Shown here: positions 18,444 through 26,728 of the stretch, piece after piece
Layout: the number at the start of each line of letters is the position of its first letter
Position numbering within the stretch: position 1 is the first letter of the stretch
NCBI GenBank assembly: GCA_040879765.1
Contig: JBBDJQ010000002.1
Coordinates: 5-64,004, forward strand
Origin: Candidatus Pacearchaeota archaeon
GTDB taxonomy: Archaea; Nanobdellota; Nanobdellia; Pacearchaeales; GW2011-AR1
DNA length: 64,000 bases
Direction of reading: 5' to 3'
Made by a program: the position numbers and the translations under genes
Notes under the pieces: model-generated
The model's database searches: none
What the model saw: only the letters and a program-made list of their open reading frames with translations
What the model was told of the DNA's origin: nothing

Positions 18444-19064
18444 ATGTTACTTTCTGCTGTAAGAATTCTAGAGTTAAATAAAAAGCATAATCTTTTGGAA
18501 AATCTTTGTAAAAGAGAATCTGAAAATCCGGAGGGGGTTGGGATTGATTTAAGAGGGGGCAAGGTTTACAAAATAGAAGGAGATAGTTTTCTTGGTGCAG
18601 ATGAACATCCAATAACAAAAGAAAAGCTAGAGGGGTTAAGGCATTCTCCAAAAGTTAGTCTTGTTGCTAATTATGAGGATAATAAAGAAAGAGTAAGTAA
18701 ATTCACAATAAAACCAGGAGAATATTACCTCATTGAAACTATTGAAAAAGTTCATTCTCCAGCAGAAAAAGTAAAATATGATGATTTTTTCCCCGAGGGG
18801 TATTTGGTTCCAGTTATTTCTCCAAGAGTCTCACTTCAAAAAGGGGCTGTAGCACTTTATCATGCAAGGACCAATCCTGGCTATTCTGGACCTTTAATTT
18901 TTGGGCTAGCTAATAATGGAAAAGAAGATTTTACATTTGAACTTGGAGCAAGAATGTTTAGAATAGATTTTGAAGGAGTTATAGGGGACATTGATAGAAT
19001 TTATTCCGGACAGCATCAAGGAGGGAGAGTAACAAGTCAGGGAGAAAAAGAAAAACAAAATTAA
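18444..19064 (+). CDS. second, divergent dCTP deaminase/dUTPase-family paralog (possibly an archaeal-type dUTPase)
   Basis: GVGIDLRGG and other dUTPase-fold motifs. 206 aa. Confidence 0.5.
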   Translation: MLLSAVRILELNKKHNLLENLCKRESENPEGVGIDLRGGKVYKIEGDSFLGADEHPITKEKLEGLRHSPKVSLVANYEDNKERVSKFTIKPGEYYLIETIEKVHSPAEKVKYDDFFPEGYLVPVISPRVSLQKGAVALYHARTNPGYSGPLIFGLANNGKEDFTFELGARMFRIDFEGVIGDIDRIYSGQHQGGRVTSQGEKEKQN

Positions 19065-19065
19065 A

Positions 19066-20223
19066 ATGACAAGACAATATCTAGACCATTCAAGAGAAAT
19101 TCTTACTTCCCCTCTTTCAGAATACAAACACAATCAAAGAACTGGTATGGGGCATATTTCTTTATTTGGATATCAAAACCGACATGATTTAAGGGAAGGT
19201 TTTCCTCTTTTAACAACAAAGAAAACAAACTTTGATTTTATAGCTCATGAATTGGTTTTGTTTTTGCACGGAGACACAAATATAAAATATTTAGTTGATA
19301 ATGGGGTCCCTATTTGGAATGATAACGCTTTTGATTATAATTTGAGAGAAATGGTCGATGAAAGTATTTTTCCTGAATCTACTTTGGAGAAAAGATCAAG
19401 AGATTGGTATTCAGCAAAAGAAGAATATGTTCAGAGAATAAAAGAGGATGAAGAATTTGCTGAAAGATGGGGAGAACTTGGTCCAGTTTATGGTTCTCAA
19501 TGGGTCCATTGGCCTTTCTTTAAACAAACTGGTAAAAAAGATAGTGAAGGTCAAGAACTTTATGTTAGAGATCCAGAAGGAATAAATCAGATTGATAGAA
19601 CTATAGAAAAACTCGTTAAGAACCCAACAGCGAAAAGTAATCTTGTTTCTGCCTGGAATCCTCAAGAAGTTCCAAACATGGCTTTACCTCCATGTCACAC
19701 AATGTTTCAAGTTAATTCAAATGGAGAAGATTTAGATTTACAGCTTTACCAAAGAAGTTGTGATATGTTCTTAGGAGTTCCCTTTAACATTGCAAGTTAT
19801 GCCCTTATGACTCAAATAATAGCCGACCAAGCTGGATTAAATCCTAGGCATTTTGTCCACACTTTTGGGGATGTTCATTTTTATTGTGCAGATGGAGAAA
19901 GAGCAAAGTGGTATAGGGACAATTTAGATAAATTAAAGTTTGAAATTAAAGATGCTCCTTGGAGATGGGGAGGGAGTATTAAAGATGTTGTTGATTGGAT
20001 AAATAAAGAAGCCCCTTTAGAAGTTGAAAAAGATGGAACTGAAAGAAAAGGGAAAGACAGACAAGACCATGTTACTGCAATCCTAACCCAAATGCAAAGA
20101 GAACCGAGGGAATTACCTAGAGTGAAAATATCAAACAAACCTTATCGTGAGCTTGAAAGAAATGATTTTGAATTAATTGGTTATGATCCTCATAAAGGGA
20201 TTCTAAGATCTATGGCTGTTTAA
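19066..20223 (+). CDS. thyA: thymidylate synthase ThyA, with large insertions (385 aa)
   Basis: DRTGTG-like, SAWNPQEV, PPCH catalytic Cys region, QLYQRSCD. About 120 extra residues relative to bacterial ThyA. Confidence 0.85.
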   Translation: MTRQYLDHSREILTSPLSEYKHNQRTGMGHISLFGYQNRHDLREGFPLLTTKKTNFDFIAHELVLFLHGDTNIKYLVDNGVPIWNDNAFDYNLREMVDESIFPESTLEKRSRDWYSAKEEYVQRIKEDEEFAERWGELGPVYGSQWVHWPFFKQTGKKDSEGQELYVRDPEGINQIDRTIEKLVKNPTAKSNLVSAWNPQEVPNMALPPCHTMFQVNSNGEDLDLQLYQRSCDMFLGVPFNIASYALMTQIIADQAGLNPRHFVHTFGDVHFYCADGERAKWYRDNLDKLKFEIKDAPWRWGGSIKDVVDWINKEAPLEVEKDGTERKGKDRQDHVTAILTQMQREPRELPRVKISNKPYRELERNDFELIGYDPHKGILRSMAV

Positions 20224-20726
20224 TTTCTTTGATTTATTTCATAAAATCCACTTGAAGGATTTACTCTTGGAGTAATTCCTCTTGATAAATCATTTAACGG
20301 GATTTCGACAGATTTACTTGGGAAAGTAGGTTCTGCTAAAGTTACTAAATCTCTTTGAGAATTATAATCTAAAAAAAGAGCAATATGCAATCTTGGATTT
20401 TCTATTTGGATGGATTCTGGAAGAACTCTTGAATCATAGCCAATTATAACTTCGCCCCTAACTTGTTTTAAAAAATAGTCTAAATTTTGATAAACTTCAA
20501 AATCCCTGAAAGGGGTTTTGAAATCCACCCTTAAAGCAAAATCACTCAGGAAAGTTGCAAAAAGAGAATCATTAAATATCAATCCGTCTCTTTTTGTTGA
20601 TTTTGGAAAAGATTGAAAAATTTTCTGTTGACTAATTTCATGTCCTTGATTTCTCAATAACCCCTGTAATGTTGAAGGAACACACCAGTCCTTTTCTTCT
20701 GGCAATGAAACATCGTAGCACCTCAT
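20220..20726 (-). CDS. putative papain-like (C39-like) cysteine peptidase domain protein
   Basis: Candidate Cys (DWCVPSTLQGLL), His (RLHIALFLDY) and Asp (DLVTLAEP) in the order expected for C39-like peptidases. Weak call. Confidence 0.3.
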   Translation of the reverse strand: MRCYDVSLPEEKDWCVPSTLQGLLRNQGHEISQQKIFQSFPKSTKRDGLIFNDSLFATFLSDFALRVDFKTPFRDFEVYQNLDYFLKQVRGEVIIGYDSRVLPESIQIENPRLHIALFLDYNSQRDLVTLAEPTFPSKSVEIPLNDLSRGITPRVNPSSGFYEINQRN

Positions 20727-20812
20727 ATAAAAAAAATCACTTCTCTTTTATTTAAGGATTTCTATAAACTAAAATATACATATGTTTAAAAATTTTAAAA
20801 TTAATAATTTTT

Positions 20813-21334
20813 ATGGATTTGTCAATAATTGTTGCTTTTGATGAAAATTTTGTTATAGGAAATGATAAGGATATTCCTTGGAGAATGGATAAAGAGGGAA
20901 GAGAAAAATATTCCTTAGATATGCAAAGATTCGCTAGCCTCACAACAGGACATCCCGTAATTTCAGGAAAAGTAACTTATTTTTCAGTTCCAAGAAAATT
21001 TAGACCTTTGGACAATAGGCAAAACATAATTGTTACCTCGACCACTCCAGAGTCTATGCTTGAGGAAGAAAGAGAAAAAGGAGAGGTTTATACTGCTCAA
21101 AGTTTTGAAGAAGCTTTACAAATTGCAGAACAATTTGACACCCTTGCTTACGCAATTGGAGGAGAAGGAATTTACAGTGCTGCCTTTGAACATGCAACAA
21201 GGATGGATTTAACAAGAATAAAAGAGTCTTTCGAAGGAAATGTTTATTTTCCCCAACCAAACTGGGATAATTGGAAATTAACTGCAAAGCAAATTCATGA
21301 AGACTTTGATTTTGAAACTTATGTCAGAAAATAA
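20813..21334 (+). CDS. folA: dihydrofolate reductase
   Basis: IIVA...IGNDKDIPW and other DHFR motifs. 173 aa. Confidence 0.8.
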   Translation: MDLSIIVAFDENFVIGNDKDIPWRMDKEGREKYSLDMQRFASLTTGHPVISGKVTYFSVPRKFRPLDNRQNIIVTSTTPESMLEEEREKGEVYTAQSFEEALQIAEQFDTLAYAIGGEGIYSAAFEHATRMDLTRIKESFEGNVYFPQPNWDNWKLTAKQIHEDFDFETYVRK

Positions 21335-21385
21335 TTAATTTGCTCATCAAAAAAATTTATAAACACCTCTCCAATATAATTTTCT

Positions 21386-21715
21386 ATGGTGGAAAAAAAT
21401 TCTCAAGTTTCTGAACTTTCAAAGAAAAATTTTAATGAGTTTATAAAATCCGGAAAGGTTTTAATTGATTTCTACGCTGATTGGTGCATGCCCTGTATAA
21501 TGATGGCGCCAATTTTGGAGGAAACCTCTTCAAAATTTAAGGGGAAGGTCAAATTTGGAAAAATTAATACTGAAGATTATCCTGAGCTTGCTCAGAAATT
21601 TGATATTGTTTCAATACCTAATTTTATTTTGTTCGAAGAAGGAAAACCCAAAGAACAAATCATAGGTTCAATGACTGCTGAAGAGTTTGAGAAAAAGTTG
21701 AATGGGTTTGTTTGA
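21386..21715 (+). CDS. trxA: thioredoxin
   Basis: WCMPC active site. 109 aa. Confidence 0.85.
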   Translation: MVEKNSQVSELSKKNFNEFIKSGKVLIDFYADWCMPCIMMAPILEETSSKFKGKVKFGKINTEDYPELAQKFDIVSIPNFILFEEGKPKEQIIGSMTAEEFEKKLNGFV

Positions 21716-21772
21716 ACCTGAAAATATCTCCCGAATCACAATAAATTATTTAAACACAATCCCCTCAATTTC

Positions 21773-22039
21773 TTGATGACTTATGAGCCATGGACACAAA
21801 AAGAAATAGATGAATACGGAGAAATAGCCAATCAGAATCTTGTAGGACATTATAGGGAACTTGGTCTCTCGAAAAAGAATCCCGAGATGATAGCAAAACA
21901 CCTTATGGAAAACATCATTGGAGATTTGTCCATGACTGATGAGGAGGTTTTTAGAGGAAAAACAAAACATGAAGGTCGGCCTGTCGCACTTAGATTCCTT
22001 GAAGATCTTGCAGATGCGAAGTTTGAATTTAGGACATAA
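21773..22039 (+). CDS. hypothetical soluble protein (88 aa)
   Basis: Charged, protein-like composition. Preferred over the overlapping minus-strand ORF 21746..22069. Confidence 0.35.
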   Translation: MMTYEPWTQKEIDEYGEIANQNLVGHYRELGLSKKNPEMIAKHLMENIIGDLSMTDEEVFRGKTKHEGRPVALRFLEDLADAKFEFRT

Positions 22040-22070
22040 ATTCTTATAAATAATGTAATCAACCTGCATT

Positions 22071-22478
22071 ATGATTGATGAAGATATTTTTGACAGGATA
22101 GAAGGGGAATGTTACGACGAATTCAACGCATACATGTTAATTCTTGAAGGCAATACCAGTATTCCATCTGTCGATATTTATAGGATTGAAGACAACTCCG
22201 AGATGAGGTTGTCTGCGGGCAATGAAGACTACCGTATAAGATTTTTAGATTCTCAAAAATCTCATGCAACAATAAGGGGCGGAGATTTATTCCGGCAAAC
22301 AACCCCTGCAATAATCGACGGATCAATCCAAAGAAATTTCCTTATTAACAGAAAAATCTACCTTGGATTGCCTCTTAAAATAACAAGTTTGGATGGAAAG
22401 GTTATTCTTCCAACTGTCACAGAATTTGCCTATTTTGATAAGTTCACAGGATTGTGCAATTCCTCAATAGCTTCATGA
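22071..22478 (+). CDS. hypothetical protein (135 aa)
   Basis: ORF with no recognisable motifs. Local GC is slightly higher. Confidence 0.35.
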   Translation: MIDEDIFDRIEGECYDEFNAYMLILEGNTSIPSVDIYRIEDNSEMRLSAGNEDYRIRFLDSQKSHATIRGGDLFRQTTPAIIDGSIQRNFLINRKIYLGLPLKITSLDGKVILPTVTEFAYFDKFTGLCNSSIAS

Positions 22479-22522
22479 TTCCTCAATAGGTTTATAAAAA
22501 TAATTCTTCTTAGAAAAATTAT

Positions 22523-22597
22523 GGCTCCGTAGCTCAGTCTGGTTAGAGCACTGGACTCTTAATCCAGGTGTCGGGGGTTCAAATCCCCTCGGGGCCA
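22523..22597 (+). tRNA. tRNA-Lys (anticodon CTT)
   Basis: Cloverleaf: acceptor GGCTCCG/CGGGGCC, anticodon stem CTGGA/TCCAG with loop CTCTTAA, T-loop GGTTCAAAT. No encoded CCA. Confidence 0.85.
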
Positions 22598-23029
22598 CTA
22601 ACCAAAAGTATATCTCCCGTTAAGATGTCTTCTTTCAAATCTATAGCTGTTTTCATCAAGTAACTTCACTGAAAAATTACAAAGCAACTTGACTAAATCT
22701 TTATTTCTAGAAGAATCCTCTGGAGGCATGCTCCCCAGCTCCAAAGATAATAAACTCATTTGCAGACCTAAATCATCAAACTCTTCAATCTTTGTGTCGG
22801 AGTCTTTTTCTAAAACTCTTTTAAGGATTAAATAAGGGAACTTTACACGGTTTGAAAAACTATCTTTTTCTTCAGGCAAGTATTGTCTAAAAAATTCTCC
22901 CATCTTCTGACAATATTCAAATCCTTTTCCTTTTCCCGAAGAATAACTATCTATTTCCATTGCTGCGTTTATTGCTGCAATCCTCAAATATTCTAGTGAA
23001 CTAGGTTCTCCTCTTGGAAGTTTAAACAT
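22598..23029 (-). CDS. hypothetical protein (143 aa)
   Basis: ORF whose stop codon abuts the tRNA-Lys 3' end. Confidence 0.4.
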   Translation of the reverse strand: MFKLPRGEPSSLEYLRIAAINAAMEIDSYSSGKGKGFEYCQKMGEFFRQYLPEEKDSFSNRVKFPYLILKRVLEKDSDTKIEEFDDLGLQMSLLSLELGSMPPEDSSRNKDLVKLLCNFSVKLLDENSYRFERRHLNGRYTFG

Positions 23030-23192
23030 TCATCAAGTAAGTTAATCTATTTTATAAAGATTATTAAGTTCAAAAATAGAATAATTCCACTACAACCCCT
23101 ATATCAAATTTAAGGAAAAAGTTTATAAACTAAAATTTAGTTTCTTTTATTATTCGGAAGTTATTAAACCCTCTAACCATTTTTACTGCAAA

Positions 23193-23402
23193 ATGCATAC
23201 ATTACAGCCTAAACATACTAAATTAAATGAAAAAGACGCCCAAGAATTATTGGAAAAACTCAATATTTCACGTTCTCAAATTCCAAAAATATTTTCTAAC
23301 GACCCAGCCTTGCCAGAAAAGTGTGGCGTTGGAGATGTTATTAAGATAGAAAGAAAAATTGCCGACGGAAACACTGGACTATATTATAGAGTCGTTGTTT
23401 AA
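23193..23402 (+). CDS. rpoH: DNA-directed RNA polymerase subunit H (Rpb5 homolog)
   Basis: HTLQPKHTKL...GDVIKIERK...YYRVVV. Confidence 0.8.
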   Translation: MHTLQPKHTKLNEKDAQELLEKLNISRSQIPKIFSNDPALPEKCGVGDVIKIERKIADGNTGLYYRVVV

Positions 23403-23411
23403 ATAAAACTC

Positions 23412-26400
23412 ATGAAAACAGACAAACACCTAATAGTAAAGAAATACTTATCAGAGCATTCTCTCGTAGAATCTAATGTTACTTCTTTTAACAATTTTAT
23501 TGACTTCCGAATGCAAGAAATTGTTGATGAGATTTCAAGCGAAATAGACAATGAAGATTTTGAAATAAACTTAGGAAAGATTGAAGTAAAAAATCCGAGG
23601 ATTGTTGAATCCGACGGGAGCGCAGCTTTAATTTATCCTTATGAAGCAAGATTAAGAGATTTAACTTATTCTGCGCCCGTGACTTTAGAAATTACAATAA
23701 AGAAAGACGGACAAATTGATTCTGAAGTGGTTGAGATTGGAAGAATTCCAATTATGGTTAAGTCAAAAGCCTGTAACACTGCTGGAATGGATGAAAAACA
23801 ATTAATCGAGCAATACAACGATCCTTTAGACCCTGGAGGTTATTTCATAATTAATGGTAATGAAAGAGTCATGGTTATGTCTGAGGATTTAGCGGAGAAT
23901 CAATCTTTTATTGAAAAAAATAGTAAAGGGAATCTTACATTGAGAGTTTTTTCTTCAAAAGGAACATATAGAATTCCCACAACAATTTCTGAAAGTAAAG
24001 AAGGAATTTTAGAACTTTCATTTAGCAGATTTAAAGATTTACCAATAGTTGTAATTCTTAAAGCTCTTGGGATGGTTAAGGAATCTGAAATTGCAGAATA
24101 CATAAAGAAAGAAACTGATTCAGTGATTGTTAATCTTTATGAGTTTGTAGATCTTGCAACTGCAGAAGACGCAATGATGTATATTGCAGAAAAAACCCTC
24201 CTTCAAGGAACTAAAAAAGAAATTTTAGACAGAGTTAAACAAAGAATAGATTCCTATTTGCTTCCAAACATCAGACCAGGAAGAGAAGATAGAATGAAGA
24301 AAGCTATTACACTTTGCAAACTAGTTAAGAGATTTTTAATTGCAAAAGATAATCCAGAATTAATAACAGACAAGGATCATTATGCTAACAAGAGAGTTAG
24401 ACTTTCTGGAGATTTAATGTCAAACCTTTTCAGAGTTAATCTCGGAATTTTAATACGAGATATTCAGTATTCCTTGCAAAAATCCTCAAGAAGAAAAAAA
24501 ATCGTTTCAATAAAGACAATTGCCAAGGCCACTTTATTTTCTCACCGAGTTGAATCTGCAATAGCAACAGGAAGTTGGACTGGCGGTAGAAGTGGAGTTA
24601 CTCAAAACATGGATAAAACAAATTATCTTGTAACAATTTCTCAGCTTCAAAGGGTTTCTTCTATGTTATCTTCAGATCAAGAAAATTTCCAAGCAAGAAC
24701 CCTCCACCCTACGCATTATGGGAAGTTCTGCCCAATAGAAACTCCCGAAGGAACTGAAATTGGTTTAAGAAAAAACCTTGCAATTTTAAGCAGAATTTCA
24801 ACAAAAGTTGATTTAGAAGAAGAAAAATTTATACAAGATTTAGAGAAAGAAGGTTTAAATTTAGGAAGTGGTGGAGAAAATGAAAGAGATGTTTTCCTCG
24901 ATGGAAAATTCATTGGAAGCGTTTCAGATTATGTTCAATTCGTAAAAAGAGTTAAAGAAAAAAGAAGAAGTAGAGAATTCCCTTTGGAATTGAATATTAA
25001 AGATGACCATAATTTTGATGCCGTGCTTATTGCAACAGAACCAGGGAGGGCTTTAAGACCTTTGATTGTTGTGGATGAAGGAAAGAAAAAGTTAACTGAA
25101 GAACATATTGAAAAGTTAAAGAAGAATGAAATGACTTGGAATGATTTAGTTGGCCAAGGAATAATCGAATATCTGGATACTGCTGAAGAGGAAAATGCAT
25201 TGGTTGCTCTTTATGAAAATGATTTGACTTCTGAACATACGCATCTTGAAATTGATTTAATGGATTTACTTGGAGTTGTTACAAGTCTTGTCCCATACGG
25301 TAATCATGATCAGAGTTCTAGATTGAATAGAGGTTCTAAAACCCAGAAGCAAGCTCTTGGAGTTTATGCAGCAAATTATCTTTGCAGATTAGATACTGAT
25401 GTGAGTATTTTACAATATCCTCAAAAACCAATTGTAAGAAGTTTTGTTTATGATACTTTGAACACATACCCTGCAGGACAGAATATGATTGTTGCAGTTA
25501 TGACTCATGAAGGTTACAATATGAAGGATGCTTTGGTTTTGAACAAAGGAAGTTTAGATAGAGGAATAGGAAGAAGTTATTATTTTAGGCCTCATGGCGC
25601 TGTTGAAATGAATTATGCAGGAGGATTAAAGGATGAAATTGTTGTTCCAGAAAAGGGAACTACTGGATATAAAACCGAAGCAAGTTATAGATTCTTAGAA
25701 GACGATGGAATTATTTATCCAGAAGCAGAAATTCACGAGGGAGAAGTTCTTATAGGAAAGACATCCCCCCCAAAATTCCTATCCGAAGCTAGAGAGATTT
25801 CAATAAAAACAAAGAAAGAATCCAGTGTAACAATGAAGCAAGAAGAAAAAGGAATTGTTGAATCTGTTTTCATTACAAAAGATGATGAAGGAAATAAGAT
25901 TGTCCAAGTTAAAACAAGAGACTTAAGGATCCCAGAATTGGGAGATAAGTTTGCTACATCTCATGGACAGAAAGGAGTTATTGGAGCAATAATCCCAGAA
26001 AACGATATTCCATTTTCATCAAACGGGATAAGGCCAGACATAATTTTCAATCCTCATGGTTTACCAAGCAGAATGACTGTCGGATATCTATTAGAAATTC
26101 TTGCAGGAAAGGTTGGTTGTTTGAAGGGAGAAATTGTTGACGGAACTCCATTCTCTGGAGAGAGCAAAGAATATTTGGAAAAGAATTTGGAAAAAATGGG
26201 ATTCAGATACGACGGAAAAGAAACAATGTATAACGGAATAACTGGGAAAAGGATGGACGCTAAAATATTTATTGGGAACCTTTACTATTTGAAACTAAAA
26301 TATATGGTTGCAAACAAGATTCACGGAAGAGCTTCTGGAAAGATTGCCCTTCTTACAAGACAGCCAATAGAAGGAAGAGCAAGAGGTGGAGCTTTAAGAT

Positions 26401-26672
26401 TGGGAGAAATGGAACAGCAAGCACTTGTGGCTCATGGGGCATCATTATTATTGAAAGAAAGGTATGATTCAGATAAAGTTATTCTTTATGTTTGTGATAA
26501 ATGTGGCTCCATAGCAACGGAAGACAGCATAAGAAACAGAATTATTTGCCCTGTTTGTAACTCTGAAGATTCAGAGCCTGTAGAAATTTCATATGTTTTC
26601 AAATTACTATTGGAAGAATTACAAGGGATGCATATTCATACAAAATTAAAATTAAAAAACAGATACGATTAG
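23412..26672 (+). CDS. rpoB: DNA-directed RNA polymerase subunit B (unsplit)
   Basis: 1086 aa. GDKFATSHGQKGV, C-terminal Zn-binding Cys motif. Confidence 0.9.
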   Translation: MKTDKHLIVKKYLSEHSLVESNVTSFNNFIDFRMQEIVDEISSEIDNEDFEINLGKIEVKNPRIVESDGSAALIYPYEARLRDLTYSAPVTLEITIKKDGQIDSEVVEIGRIPIMVKSKACNTAGMDEKQLIEQYNDPLDPGGYFIINGNERVMVMSEDLAENQSFIEKNSKGNLTLRVFSSKGTYRIPTTISESKEGILELSFSRFKDLPIVVILKALGMVKESEIAEYIKKETDSVIVNLYEFVDLATAEDAMMYIAEKTLLQGTKKEILDRVKQRIDSYLLPNIRPGREDRMKKAITLCKLVKRFLIAKDNPELITDKDHYANKRVRLSGDLMSNLFRVNLGILIRDIQYSLQKSSRRKKIVSIKTIAKATLFSHRVESAIATGSWTGGRSGVTQNMDKTNYLVTISQLQRVSSMLSSDQENFQARTLHPTHYGKFCPIETPEGTEIGLRKNLAILSRISTKVDLEEEKFIQDLEKEGLNLGSGGENERDVFLDGKFIGSVSDYVQFVKRVKEKRRSREFPLELNIKDDHNFDAVLIATEPGRALRPLIVVDEGKKKLTEEHIEKLKKNEMTWNDLVGQGIIEYLDTAEEENALVALYENDLTSEHTHLEIDLMDLLGVVTSLVPYGNHDQSSRLNRGSKTQKQALGVYAANYLCRLDTDVSILQYPQKPIVRSFVYDTLNTYPAGQNMIVAVMTHEGYNMKDALVLNKGSLDRGIGRSYYFRPHGAVEMNYAGGLKDEIVVPEKGTTGYKTEASYRFLEDDGIIYPEAEIHEGEVLIGKTSPPKFLSEAREISIKTKKESSVTMKQEEKGIVESVFITKDDEGNKIVQVKTRDLRIPELGDKFATSHGQKGVIGAIIPENDIPFSSNGIRPDIIFNPHGLPSRMTVGYLLEILAGKVGCLKGEIVDGTPFSGESKEYLEKNLEKMGFRYDGKETMYNGITGKRMDAKIFIGNLYYLKLKYMVANKIHGRASGKIALLTRQPIEGRARGGALRLGEMEQQALVAHGASLLLKERYDSDKVILYVCDKCGSIATEDSIRNRIICPVCNSEDSEPVEISYVFKLLLEELQGMHIHTKLKLKNRYD

Positions 26673-26728
26673 CCATTATGCGCAATTAACATACGCATCG
26701 TTAAAAATAATATCACTAAAAAAACAAA

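Noticed and set aside
21746-22069. 107-aa minus-strand ORF overlapping 21773..22039
   Set aside because: Its sequence is Cys/Phe-rich and junk-like. The plus-strand alternative is charged and globular-looking. Neither is strongly supported.
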